From a virus, in IMG/VR virus record IMGVR_UViG_3300050016_000168, positions 2,432 through 66,431 of that record: a DNA stretch of 64,000 nt; one strand, written 5' to 3'. Positions 18,979 through 28,370 of this stretch are shown piece after piece; positions within the stretch are counted from its first letter, which is position 1, and every line of letters starts with the position of its first letter. The position numbers were made by a program, and so were the translations under genes. The notes under the pieces were generated by a model. It saw only the letters and a program-made list of their open reading frames with translations. It was not told where the DNA came from and did not search any database.

Positions 18979-19154
18979 GAGACGTAGTGCTCTGCTGCTT
19001 GCTCTGGCGTCTCGCCTGGATACAGTTCACGCCAGGCACGGAGTTCGTCAATCAGGGTACGAATCGTGGCAACTAGAGCCAGTGAATCGTTGGAGAGTGG
19101 CTGGATGGCAATGGCTTCATTCAAATCAGCTGCTAGCTGATCGATGTTGAGCAT
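18975..19154 (-). CDS. 59-aa hypothetical protein (not in ORF track)
   Basis: MLNIDQLAADLNEAIA...; TAATG and ATGA coupling fill the gap exactly. Confidence 0.6.
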   Translation of the reverse strand: MLNIDQLAADLNEAIAIQPLSNDSLALVATIRTLIDELRAWRELYPGETPEQAAEHYVS

Positions 19155-20641
19155 TAGTTGTGGATCCAGTTGAGCCCACCGGGTTCGAGCGACAGCTTGG
19201 CGCGAGTCACAGTGACGTAGGCCAGCCGTATTTCTTCAGTGGGAAGCTTGAAGTTGGGATCGTCGGGATCCCGCGCGAAATCATCGGCGACACGTACCGT
19301 CTCCCACTCGCGGCCCTTGGACTTGTGCGCGGTACTCACGATGACGTCAGCCGTTGTCTCTTCGACGAGGCTGTCGACGATGTTGATCACCTTCTCGGCA
19401 CCGTAGGTGTCGATCAGGTTGACGAAGACTCTGAGGTCGGAGCCTGCGCGCTCGTTCTGGACGAACTCCTGGACCTCATGCCAGGTGCGGAAAAGCATCA
19501 GCTCGCGGTGACTGGTCGGCTGGTTGTTTTGCAGCTGCTGAGCAGCTCGCGCCATTGACACCAGCTCCCGTCCGCCTCCGACCATGGCAACCCGTAAATT
19601 GCCAGACTGAGCGAGGATGACCTCGGACAGGGCGCCGGCGTTGGTGCGACAGAGAATGGCTCGTGGAAATGCCAGCTCGTCGACGACGGTCGACGCGACC
19701 TTCGGGTTGCCGGTGATCCTAAACTCTCCCAGCTTGGCCAGCCAGAGGTTCGCCTCATCGGCGATCATCTGACCGAAGCGGAAGGACATGGAGAGTGGGA
19801 GCCGCTTACCTTCGAAGTCATCCATGGCATCGACAGCGCCCCGCCAGGCGTAGATCTGCTGCGCCGGATCGCCGACCAGGATTTTCTGCGCGTTGAGCTG
19901 TTGCTTGATGATGGCGGCGATCACCGGGTTGGCGTCCTGTGCCTCGTCGAGAAGGATGAAGTCGGCCGGAAACTGCACCCCGGAGAGGTGCCACATCTTC
20001 AGGTAGTGGTCGTGCTCGAAGCGCATCCGGCCACCGTCGACCAGGTTGACGTCGTCCCAGATCTTGCGAGCGTAGGGAAGCACCCTCTCGGCCACCGCCT
20101 TGTTCTGCCGACGTGAGAGCTTGGCTTCACGGGGAACATGCTGCTCGGAGATGGTGTAGTCCGCCGAGTAGCAAAAGTCTCTGACAGTGTCGCTGGCGAT
20201 GGTGGCTAGGTGCTTGGGCTCGAGCGAGGCGCGCGTGAACTTCTCACCCTTCTCCTCGTCCTCGTCCAACAGGATGCCGGTCATGCCAAGGATCTCAGCC
20301 ACCCGCCATGACGGGACGCGTGAGTCGGTCAGCCTGGCCTGGTACTTGAAGCCGACGGCGCGGAAGGCCAGCGAGTGAGCGGTCGAGCAGTTCACGTTGG
20401 ACGGGAAGGTGCCCTTGGCATCACCGGCAATGGCCTTGTTGTAGGCGATGTAGTAGCCGCGGCGGGGAGACAGCGCGTGTCCGATCATGCGCTGGGTGCT
20501 GGTCTTACCACTGCCGGCACCGGCGACGACAACCAAGTCCTTACCTGTGCGCGCAGCGCCTATGATGGCAGCCTGCTCATCAGTGGGACGGATGTCTTGA
20601 GGTACAGCGACGGCTTGAAACTTAACTGGGATTTTTGTCAT
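19154..20641 (-). CDS. UvrD/SF1 helicase
   Basis: AGAGSGKT, LLDEAQD, VGDPAQQIY, STAHKSKGREW, YVTVTRA. Confidence 0.92.
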   Translation of the reverse strand: MTKIPVKFQAVAVPQDIRPTDEQAAIIGAARTGKDLVVVAGAGSGKTSTQRMIGHALSPRRGYYIAYNKAIAGDAKGTFPSNVNCSTAHSLAFRAVGFKYQARLTDSRVPSWRVAEILGMTGILLDEDEEKGEKFTRASLEPKHLATIASDTVRDFCYSADYTISEQHVPREAKLSRRQNKAVAERVLPYARKIWDDVNLVDGGRMRFEHDHYLKMWHLSGVQFPADFILLDEAQDANPVIAAIIKQQLNAQKILVGDPAQQIYAWRGAVDAMDDFEGKRLPLSMSFRFGQMIADEANLWLAKLGEFRITGNPKVASTVVDELAFPRAILCRTNAGALSEVILAQSGNLRVAMVGGGRELVSMARAAQQLQNNQPTSHRELMLFRTWHEVQEFVQNERAGSDLRVFVNLIDTYGAEKVINIVDSLVEETTADVIVSTAHKSKGREWETVRVADDFARDPDDPNFKLPTEEIRLAYVTVTRAKLSLEPGGLNWIHN

Positions 20642-20660
20642 TCATGTCCTCCTGGGCATA

Positions 20661-20690
20661 ATAATAACTTCTGGTGTAGTTTGATGTCAA
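20661..20690 (-). promoter_or_regulatory. SigA-type promoter with ACTACACCAG in the spacer
   Basis: TTGACA-18-TATTAT upstream of the helicase SD. Confidence 0.7.
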
Positions 20691-20735
20691 GCCCCAATAT
20701 TTACCTTATACTCGCTCAGCCTTGAGTCGCATGGC

Positions 20736-22571
20736 ATGAGTAGAATCCGGCTCTCCAAAGGGCCGCTCGTCACCTTAGAACAACTCCTTGCGCAACCTGA
20801 CGTCAATCAGGTATCGGAACATGAGTGGTACGTCACCTGCCCATCACACAGCGGTGGCCACGAAGACACCCCGTCACTCCACGTCACCCGACAGCCTGAC
20901 GGCCATCCTGTCTTCCACTGCTTCTCTGGTTGCACTTACGCCCAGATCGTCGAGGCTTTTCAGGGTTTCCAGCCGGTTGAGAAGGCGGTTGCCTCCAACG
21001 GACACAAGAACGGCACCGGCTCCGGCCCGGTGACGGCGACGATCGGGATGACCCCCATCGAATGGCTGGCCTCGTACACCTCCCTGAGCCAGGATTTTCT
21101 GGCTACCCAGTCGATCGACTTCAGCCACCGCGGCAAGATTGGCTTCGTCTTCCCTCACTCGCGAGCGGTGAAGTGGCGTGAGGTGAAGGGCACCGTCAAG
21201 GGGACCTGGGAGGTTCATGAAGACAATCCACCGCCGTTGTGGCCGGAGCTACCCCCCACGCTGCCTGAGGTGATCTTCCTGACCGCCGGAGAGACCGATT
21301 GTCTGTGCTTACGAGCGACCGGCGTCGAGGCCTTCGCCCTGACCAAGGGAGAGATGGGCCTCCCACCGGCGCATCTCTTTAGGGACATGGCAAGGCGTGG
21401 GGCGTTGGAGGTCGTCTATACCGCCGACGTCGACGACACTGGTCACCAGTCAGCTGGTCGGCTCGCTCACCTCGTCGACGAGGCTGGCCTCGAATGCTCA
21501 CTGCTCGACCTGACCGTCCACCTAGACGCTGCGCTGGGCGAGAAGGACGTGCGCGCGTTGACCCGGCGCGTCGGGGTTGCTCGCTTACAGGAGCTGCTCG
21601 AGGAGGAATATCTACGGCCGCCAGAACTGCCGGTCTCGCTGGCCGAGTTCATCTTGACCGCACCGCCGGAGATCCCGTGGGTGATGACACCGCTGGTCGT
21701 GCTCGGTGCCACCACACTTTTCTCGGGTCATGCCAAGAGCGGAAAAACGACCTTCATCATCAAAGTCATGCTCGCCATGCGCGATGGCGGCGACGTGCTG
21801 GGTATGCCGGTGCATCAGAGCCGAGTGCTGGTTTGGACAGAGAACTCGGCCATGGTCTGGCGAGCCAAGGTCCACAACGTGAAGCCTGAGCAGATCGAGC
21901 ACATCTTTCCGATCCCACGCACCGACCCCCGCTTCATCGGCAAGACTTTCGACGAGAACGTGCGCACTGTGTTCGAGATCGCGGCCAAGCTCGAGGCCGG
22001 GGTGATCGTGCTCGACACGCTGACCGGACTGGCCGCTATCGAAGAGGAGAACGAGGCCTCCCAGGTCTCAGCTGCGCTGATCCCCGTGAGCAAGATGGCG
22101 CAGCGCTATGGCATCGCCTGCATCATGGTCCACCACCTCGGCCGCTCCGGCAATGAGCGTGGATCCACCGTCTTCCTCAGTGAGCCCGACATCCTGGTCC
22201 GCCTCGACGGTGAGTACGCGGAGGAACGGACGCTGCGGGTGAAGAACAATATGTTGATCAACCCGCCCGAGGACATCGTCTTCAAAATGGACGAGACGGG
22301 GAGCTACACGGCCGGCGTCGCCGGCGTGTCTGATGACAACGCGCTTGCCATCCTCGACGTGCTGCCGCTGACCCAGAAGGATGCCATCTCGCTGCAGGAC
22401 ATCGCCATCGCCACGCGTCAGCCGTGGGACAAGGCCACACGCGACTCACTGGCTCTGCTGGTTGCGAGCCTGGAGAAGGCGGGGAAGCTCAGGCGCATCT
22501 CTCAGGGAGTTGGTATGGCGGCCCTGCACTACAGAGTGAGCAAGTTCAGTACGAGGTCCCGTCGGAGCTAA
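20736..22571 (+). CDS. Primase-helicase (Zn finger, TOPRIM, AAA_25)
   Basis: CPSH..HED.PSL..FHCFSGC; AGETD, DVDDTG; GHAKSGKT, VLDT, VHH. Confidence 0.85.
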   Translation: MSRIRLSKGPLVTLEQLLAQPDVNQVSEHEWYVTCPSHSGGHEDTPSLHVTRQPDGHPVFHCFSGCTYAQIVEAFQGFQPVEKAVASNGHKNGTGSGPVTATIGMTPIEWLASYTSLSQDFLATQSIDFSHRGKIGFVFPHSRAVKWREVKGTVKGTWEVHEDNPPPLWPELPPTLPEVIFLTAGETDCLCLRATGVEAFALTKGEMGLPPAHLFRDMARRGALEVVYTADVDDTGHQSAGRLAHLVDEAGLECSLLDLTVHLDAALGEKDVRALTRRVGVARLQELLEEEYLRPPELPVSLAEFILTAPPEIPWVMTPLVVLGATTLFSGHAKSGKTTFIIKVMLAMRDGGDVLGMPVHQSRVLVWTENSAMVWRAKVHNVKPEQIEHIFPIPRTDPRFIGKTFDENVRTVFEIAAKLEAGVIVLDTLTGLAAIEEENEASQVSAALIPVSKMAQRYGIACIMVHHLGRSGNERGSTVFLSEPDILVRLDGEYAEERTLRVKNNMLINPPEDIVFKMDETGSYTAGVAGVSDDNALAILDVLPLTQKDAISLQDIAIATRQPWDKATRDSLALLVASLEKAGKLRRISQGVGMAALHYRVSKFSTRSRRS

Positions 22572-22759
22572 GCGAGTTTTCTCCGCGCGACCGCCTGTTC
22601 ATGGGCTTTGCGTCCGGCATTCATCCGCCCCCGCTGCGCTGAGCTGGCGTCGTAGTGAAAGATGTTGGGTGGCTTGCGGCTCTCGTCCCTGACGATGCGG
22701 CTGGCAACGCCGCTGATGGTGGAGTCGTCAGGAGCTTCCCAATGATCTGCCTGCCTCAT
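22568..22759 (-). CDS. Hypothetical protein
   Basis: ATGA coupling to upstream gene. Confidence 0.45.
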   Translation of the reverse strand: MRQADHWEAPDDSTISGVASRIVRDESRKPPNIFHYDASSAQRGRMNAGRKAHEQAVARRKLA

Positions 22760-23166
22760 ACCACGATTCTCACCAACTTCACGATGATGGTGAAGAACCC
22801 GCCGGCGACGGCAAGGCTGAGTCCGGCGGTGAGGAGGACGATGATCCCGACGGCATTGACCGCACCAGCTTGAGGCGGTTGCTCATTTGTCTTCCGCGCT
22901 CTCTGATGTCGTACGCGAGCAGGAGGTCGGCTGTGCTCTGGTCGGGGTTTGGACCGAGCTGGAGTGGAAGGTGTGGGCGGCTTGCTCGCATCCGTCGGAG
23001 CTGGCGCCGCTTGACGTCGCGCTCGAGACTCATCGCGTTCGATCTCCGCCTCCAGCCTGGCGCTGGTCTTGGCGAGGTGTTCCTGACGCATGACCTCGAC
23101 CACAATCTCCTCGAAGTCGTCGTGCGCATGCTTTTGCCCAGGAACCGGGATCGCTGGCCGAGCCAT
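22756..23166 (-). CDS. Hypothetical protein with C-terminal TM
   Basis: Hydrophobic C-terminus. Confidence 0.55.
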   Translation of the reverse strand: MARPAIPVPGQKHAHDDFEEIVVEVMRQEHLAKTSARLEAEIERDESRARRQAAPAPTDASKPPTPSTPARSKPRPEHSRPPARVRHQRARKTNEQPPQAGAVNAVGIIVLLTAGLSLAVAGGFFTIIVKLVRIVV

Positions 23167-23179
23167 CTCGAGACACAGC

Positions 23180-23569
23180 CTACCCGAACGGCCTTCGAGT
23201 GAACGTCACTCGAATGTTGTTGATCGTGCTGTTGCCATAGAACCCGGAAGTCGACACCGTGACATATGTCGGGTCTCGGTAGTACGCTGGCGGAGGTGGA
23301 GGCGGAGCGACCGGCTGCAGCTCGGACTCGTCGATCGCTTTCAGCTTGAGCGCTGCCATCCTGTAGGTCGCCTTTTTGAGCGCCAGACGTCGAACATGTT
23401 CGTTGGCGGGCTTGCCGTCGTTGTCGGTCTCTCGAGCTGCCAACCTCAGCAGCTTGAGAACCTGCAGCGCCTCCTTGGTGGGAAAGGTCCGTGGACATCG
23501 AGTGCAGCGTACGACCTCGCCGCTGGGCGCATTCTCAAGCCTGCCCTCGCAGAGACAGACGATGACCAC
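23180..23569 (-). CDS. Hypothetical protein
   Basis: N-terminal Cys pairs; operon orientation. Confidence 0.5.
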   Translation of the reverse strand: MVIVCLCEGRLENAPSGEVVRCTRCPRTFPTKEALQVLKLLRLAARETDNDGKPANEHVRRLALKKATYRMAALKLKAIDESELQPVAPPPPPPAYYRDPTYVTVSTSGFYGNSTINNIRVTFTRRPFG

Positions 23570-23578
23570 GAGCGAATC

Positions 23579-24793
23579 TTAGTCGGTGATCACCGGTCCG
23601 GTGTTGATGATGCCCAGCACTGAGTGGTGGTGAGGACCCCCTGGAACCGGCTTGAAGTTGCCGAGCGCGGTTAGGATCTCGGCATCGACCTGGTCTTTGG
23701 TCAGGCCGGTAGCCGGCAGCTTAGCCAGCGCCGTAGTGATCGCGCCGGTGACCTGGATCATGGTGACGCCGCTAACGCTCGCCAGCTCAGACTCCTTGGC
23801 GAAGTACAACGTCATACCGGCTGGAAGAGCTGAGAGAGCGGCTCCGATGGGGGCTCCGGCGACTCCGACTGTGTTCAGAAGCGCATCGCTGACCCAGTGG
23901 CCATCGGAGAGCTTCCACCAGACGTAGTCGATACCTGGACCGGCTCCAGCCCCGCGGTCTGTGGATTGGACGCCCGAGTTGGCGAAGAGGAAGCCCGTCA
24001 CCGCAACGGACGCGCCAAGAGCACCGACGCCTAGCGCTGCCGTGCTGGGATCAGAGTAGATCGACCCCGCAGCGAACTGCTTAAGGGTCGCCGTCAACGT
24101 GTGGAACGCGCCTGTGTAGAGCATGTCATCCTCCGTTGGGTGTACAGGACTGGGGGTCCAGAAACTGTCGTCGTAGTTGGTGCTGTCGACGCCGATGCCG
24201 CTGAAGACGTGGGTTCCTTGGAATTGCCAACCACAAGGATGGCCGCCTGCTGGCCGAGCATAGTACGACGGCCATGACGCGCCGGGGTCGCCACCAGGGT
24301 AGGCAGCGAAGACGTAGCAAGAAGCGCTGACGCCGGCGAAGACGGGTTCGTTGCCGTACTGGCCGGAGCCTGAAGCGTTGAGCCAGGGCTGAACCCAGGC
24401 GCTGACCGTCCAGACGCCATTGATCATCTCGAGGACTGGACGGGCCTCTCCGCCGTGGAGCATCTTGCGAGCCATGTAGCGGTTTTGGCTGAAGGGGACG
24501 CGTTTCGTTGGATCCATCTCCAAGCTACGAATACCCGACTCGTCATCGAGGATGATCCGCGGGACGCCCCAGCTGACGGCCTGAGTCTTCATCGCCACCG
24601 GATCTGCCCAACCTGAGCAGTAAGCGGAAGCTTCTAGCCCGCCGGCCATCACGTTATCGAAGTTCTGCTCTGTCCAACCGTTGAGGATCCCCGGGCCAGC
24701 AAAATATCCACTCCACGCTGAGATCCCAGCCGCCTTGGCAACTGCAATCTGGGCTAGGGACGGGGGGTAAGCGCTATCGAGTCCGATCTTCAC
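23579..24793 (-). CDS. Glycoside hydrolase (GH25/DUF1906-like) endolysin candidate with SH3-like domain
   Basis: IGLDSAY, ILDDE, GWQFQG...GVDST; WWKLSDGHWVS. Confidence 0.7.
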   Translation of the reverse strand: MKIGLDSAYPPSLAQIAVAKAAGISAWSGYFAGPGILNGWTEQNFDNVMAGGLEASAYCSGWADPVAMKTQAVSWGVPRIILDDESGIRSLEMDPTKRVPFSQNRYMARKMLHGGEARPVLEMINGVWTVSAWVQPWLNASGSGQYGNEPVFAGVSASCYVFAAYPGGDPGASWPSYYARPAGGHPCGWQFQGTHVFSGIGVDSTNYDDSFWTPSPVHPTEDDMLYTGAFHTLTATLKQFAAGSIYSDPSTAALGVGALGASVAVTGFLFANSGVQSTDRGAGAGPGIDYVWWKLSDGHWVSDALLNTVGVAGAPIGAALSALPAGMTLYFAKESELASVSGVTMIQVTGAITTALAKLPATGLTKDQVDAEILTALGNFKPVPGGPHHHSVLGIINTGPVITD

Positions 24794-24975
24794 GACTTTG
24801 CCTCCTTTTCCTGCTCTTCGATCTCTTCAGCTACTCGCATCAGGGCTTGTCCTGCGTCCTGGATGGCGACCACCGTCTCGGCCATCAGCTCAGCCACGGA
24901 GTTCAGCGCATTCGTGGCCTTCATCAGTCTATTCGCCATTCGGTTCGGACGGGTAAGTTTAATTTTCGGAGCCAT
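24790..24975 (-). CDS. Small coiled-coil protein
   Basis: Coupled to lysin start. Confidence 0.6.
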   Translation of the reverse strand: MAPKIKLTRPNRMANRLMKATNALNSVAELMAETVVAIQDAGQALMRVAEEIEEQEKEAKS

Positions 24976-25235
24976 ATGAAGGCACTACACCTTAACCCGC
25001 CTTATGTGGGATTCCGGCCATCTGGTACTGAGTGAGCGCCCTGGGGTCGTTATCCCAACAGTCGAAGCACCAGCGCCACTGGCGCGAATGTGACGACCCC
25101 GGCAGCGGTGGCGCGTCTACAAGGGCCGCTGTTTGCTGCCGCGTGATCCGTTTGCCACAGTTGTGGCAGGGGGGAATCGGTGGCCCCGGAATACCTGGAA
25201 TTCCCACGTCTAATCCCTCCTGAGCGCACGGAGCG

Positions 25236-25457
25236 TCATGTCGGCGTGGACCTTGCCTCGTCGGCAATCGCTTCAGCCTCACACCACAGGCACTTGCCAC
25301 AGTCCCGATAGACAAACTTGTTGCGGGTGGTTCCCCACACCTTGACGCCCTGGCAACCGGGCCAATCGGGACTGGTCACTAATCCCAAGATCAGGCCAAC
25401 GAGGTGGTCCGTCGTCTCCCATGACGACTCCCTTTTATAACTGCTAAAAGAGTTCAT
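25236..25457 (-). CDS. Hypothetical protein
   Basis: DCGKCLWC; ATGA coupling. Confidence 0.5.
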   Translation of the reverse strand: MNSFSSYKRESSWETTDHLVGLILGLVTSPDWPGCQGVKVWGTTRNKFVYRDCGKCLWCEAEAIADEARSTPT

Positions 25458-25777
25458 TCCGGCCCCTCCAGTAGGTCCAGCGCGGTGAGGGCGTCAAGCA
25501 ATTCCACTTCGCGAGGCTGCATGGGAACGGCAACCGAGTGGAGCATGAAGTAGTTACTGGCCGCCTCTGCGACCGCGACCAATTTGTCGGCGTAGACGTC
25601 GCACCATTCCGCCTGTGGCGTGTAACTTGCGGAGTGGCGCGAGATTTCAAGAGACCCCCTTAGTCGCTGCAGCATATTCATCGCGTTCTCCCTTTGGTGG
25701 TAAGCCCGCCAACCTCCACAGAGGCTGCATTCGGGGTTGTCGCATTGCGCGTTCTCGGGGCCCCGATGTTCTCTCAT
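25454..25777 (-). CDS. Hypothetical protein
   Basis: ATG 25777 after GGAGGG; CDNPECSLC. Confidence 0.5.
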   Translation of the reverse strand: MREHRGPENAQCDNPECSLCGGWRAYHQRENAMNMLQRLRGSLEISRHSASYTPQAEWCDVYADKLVAVAEAASNYFMLHSVAVPMQPREVELLDALTALDLLEGPE

Positions 25778-25802
25778 ATAAAAACCCTCCACTTGCGCCG
25801 AC

Positions 25803-26006
25803 TCACGTGGCTGTCTGCCCCAGCAGGGCCTCAGCGGCCGCCAGAACCTCATCGGGGGCAATGTCGAACCAGTCAGCCGCCGTGCGGCCACCGAACCGAT
25901 CGTGCTTGCTTCGCCACCAAACCTCAGCGCCCTCGGGCAGGTAAACCTCCTCGAGGATCTGGCGCAGCTCGATGGGTATCGGCATCGCAAACTCAAACTC
26001 AGTCAT
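25803..26006 (-). CDS. Xre/MbcA/ParS C-terminal-like small protein
   Basis: Y..EGAEVWW......FGGRT..D pattern. Confidence 0.45.
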   Translation of the reverse strand: MTEFEFAMPIPIELRQILEEVYLPEGAEVWWRSKHDRFGGRTAADWFDIAPDEVLAAAEALLGQTAT

Positions 26007-26023
26007 TACAAACCTCGTTATGC

Positions 26024-26260
26024 TCAGACACGGACAGCGCCTTTGTGCTTGTGTTCGAACGTCTTGTCTGACAGAAACTCAGCGATCTCCCCGAGACAGC
26101 CAGCGTCGTAATAGGTGTTCGTCCCAGCCGAGAACACGTACTTACGCCACTGTGCTCCCCAATGCACCATGCCAATGGCGCTACTCGGCCCGACTACCAG
26201 CCACCGATGGGTCTTTTGACGGGGCTTGTCCGCCTGCTCTACGAACCTTAGGTAGGTCAT
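26024..26260 (-). CDS. Hypothetical protein
   Basis: IGMVHWGAQWRKYVF...CLGEI phage small-protein pattern. Confidence 0.6.
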   Translation of the reverse strand: MTYLRFVEQADKPRQKTHRWLVVGPSSAIGMVHWGAQWRKYVFSAGTNTYYDAGCLGEIAEFLSDKTFEHKHKGAVRV

Positions 26261-26568
26261 GACCAGCGCGCCCGTGAAGGGTCGGTCAGATCAATGACGC
26301 CATAAGCGTGGGCGTCCAGCGGTACCACCTGCCAGTAGATTGCCTCCGTCTTGATAGCGTCCGGCTGCCAGCCCAGAAGCTCACCAACATGCTTTTCACA
26401 GGCATACGTGGTGTCCTTATATGGATCGGGACCGCCAAAGCCGCCACCTGGGCGTTGCGTGTGGATCTCGAATGCTGCACGGTGTGGGCGGGATGCCAGG
26501 GGCTCCCAGCACCCGATTCTGCAACAGTCGATTTGCTTTCGCTCATAAGCGTGGATAGGGTTAGTCAC
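26257..26568 (-). CDS. Hypothetical protein
   Basis: GTG start; stop coupled to next gene. Confidence 0.5.
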   Translation of the reverse strand: MTNPIHAYERKQIDCCRIGCWEPLASRPHRAAFEIHTQRPGGGFGGPDPYKDTTYACEKHVGELLGWQPDAIKTEAIYWQVVPLDAHAYGVIDLTDPSRARWS

Positions 26569-26722
26569 TGGCTCCGATCTCCTCAACCACAACGCCAGTG
26601 CGCGTGACTTCGGCAGCCACCGCGTCTTCCTCGGAACCTCCGCCATCGAGATGCGCGACAAGCTCTTGAAGCAACGTCTCGCTGACGCGCACGACGAGCC
26701 GGAAGTACCTGGAGTCCGTCAT
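26561..26722 (-). CDS. Hypothetical protein
   Basis: ATGA coupling. Confidence 0.45.
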   Translation of the reverse strand: MTDSRYFRLVVRVSETLLQELVAHLDGGGSEEDAVAAEVTRTGVVVEEIGASD

Positions 26723-26901
26723 GAGACGAACCCCCATTCTTTGAACCAGGCGAGATTGACCTGGATTGGAAGGCCCTTCCCGCTGATGTGACGCACCCAC
26801 ACCCACTCGTCAGTGATGGCAACAATCCGACACAGGTAACCATCGCTCTGACGCCATACCTGACCGATTTGCGGGGAGGTAGTACAAGTCTGATTACCCA
26901 T
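26719..26901 (-). CDS. Hypothetical protein
   Basis: PQIGQVWR motif. Confidence 0.5.
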   Translation of the reverse strand: MGNQTCTTSPQIGQVWRQSDGYLCRIVAITDEWVWVRHISGKGLPIQVNLAWFKEWGFVS

Positions 26902-26907
26902 CGGATT

Positions 26908-27132
26908 TCACGCTCTATCCGCAGCCATCTGTTGCGAACGTCGGACCTGATCCGCTTGGTTGCACTGCCAGCAAATATCACTCGCATCTGCACCCCCGCG
27001 ATCCCCAAGGGCGGTGAGTGTCATTCCCTCGAGGTGACCGCAATACCGAACACGCAACGTCCAGCCCGGATGCTGCCGCTCGTACTCATTGACCAGCCCG
27101 TGGACCTGGTCGGTTTCTAGCCTATTCGCCAT
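26908..27132 (-). CDS. Hypothetical protein
   Basis: ORF directly downstream of the recombinase. Confidence 0.5.
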   Translation of the reverse strand: MANRLETDQVHGLVNEYERQHPGWTLRVRYCGHLEGMTLTALGDRGGADASDICWQCNQADQVRRSQQMAADRA

Positions 27133-27143
27133 TGTTGCTAGTC

Positions 27144-28088
27144 CTACCCGGCCTTCAGGAAGCGATCCATCGTCGCTGTGGTTCGAGCGCGCTGACTCTC
27201 GGGTACTTCTGCGTACACGTCGAGGGTCGCTAGGTTCTTGTGCCCGAGGAACTTCGCCACCGCCATCGGGTCCTCACCAGCTGCCAGCATTGCCGTGGCC
27301 GCAGTATGACGGAGTTGATGAGTCGTGAAGCGCTGCACTCCGAGCTTCTTGCACAGTTGAGTCCAGAGATAGCGCACGCCGGCTGGGGAGATCTCTGACG
27401 CGTCCGCTTTACCTGCGCGCTTCACCCACAGAGAAGGACAGTCATCGATCCGCATCGCCAAATAGGCGCGCACCATATTGGCGGCGACATCCGGGCAGAT
27501 CAGTGTCTTGAGCGAGCCGCCCTTCTGGACGACAGTGACACGCTCCCAGCCAATTCGGGGAACCCGCAAAACCTCTGAGACGCGGGCACCGACCCCAATC
27601 GTGTAAAAGAACAGCGCCCGGACCATCATGTAGCGTGGTGTTCCGGTCTTCTCGATGAAGTAGTGGCGGATCCTCAGCATGACGTCGTGTGTCAGTGGCC
27701 GCGGCTGCAGCGGTGCGACCTTGACCTTGGTGAACAGCATCGGCAACTTGGCGTCGCACTTGTCGCGAATCGCCGCCCAGGTAAAGAACATCCGGGCAGC
27801 ACTCGCGCACAAGCCTTGGCTCCGCGGCGACAACGGCCGCTTCTTGAGCGGGCTGATGTTGGTGGCAAGGTGGTCCTGCCATTCCTCGAGCACTTCGCGG
27901 TTGATGCCGACGAAGCCAGCGATGCCGTTGTCGCGCATGTAGCCCCGGAGATGCTTCAAGCCCCAGATGTACGCCTCGACGGTGTTCTCGGACTTCACCT
28001 GTCGGCGCATCTGGGCGATAAAACTGGCCTCTTCCGCTCCAAGTGGACCATCTGGGTCTACCTTCATTCGCAAATTCACAATCGTCAC
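27144..28088 (-). CDS. Tyrosine recombinase (XerC/D-like)
   Basis: GARVSE, QKGG, HQLRH, LGH, DVYA catalytic set. Confidence 0.92.
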   Translation of the reverse strand: MTIVNLRMKVDPDGPLGAEEASFIAQMRRQVKSENTVEAYIWGLKHLRGYMRDNGIAGFVGINREVLEEWQDHLATNISPLKKRPLSPRSQGLCASAARMFFTWAAIRDKCDAKLPMLFTKVKVAPLQPRPLTHDVMLRIRHYFIEKTGTPRYMMVRALFFYTIGVGARVSEVLRVPRIGWERVTVVQKGGSLKTLICPDVAANMVRAYLAMRIDDCPSLWVKRAGKADASEISPAGVRYLWTQLCKKLGVQRFTTHQLRHTAATAMLAAGEDPMAVAKFLGHKNLATLDVYAEVPESQRARTTATMDRFLKAG

Positions 28089-28288
28089 TTCTTACTCCTC
28101 AGTACCAGATTCCAAAAGGGCCACGAAACTCCACCTGGAGGCATCTTCGCGCGTTGCCGCTCGGCTTCTTTGCGATCAACCGGCGTCGCCGCCAATGCGG
28201 CTTGAAAGCGATTCCACGCAACTTCAAGTTGCCCTGACCGCGCAAGCCAGTACTCGATGGCGCGTCGACGGCGGCTGTTAACGCTCAT
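28085..28288 (-). CDS. Small basic protein coupled to the recombinase
   Basis: GTGA overlap with recombinase start. Confidence 0.5.
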   Translation of the reverse strand: MSVNSRRRRAIEYWLARSGQLEVAWNRFQAALAATPVDRKEAERQRAKMPPGGVSWPFWNLVLRSKK

Positions 28289-28370
28289 GAGGAGAACGGG
28301 ACCGCGGGAGCGCGGCGTTCCGCTAACGCCTCTCTCTTGTTACATCGAGGCCCTCGCGGCCCCAGTCTCC

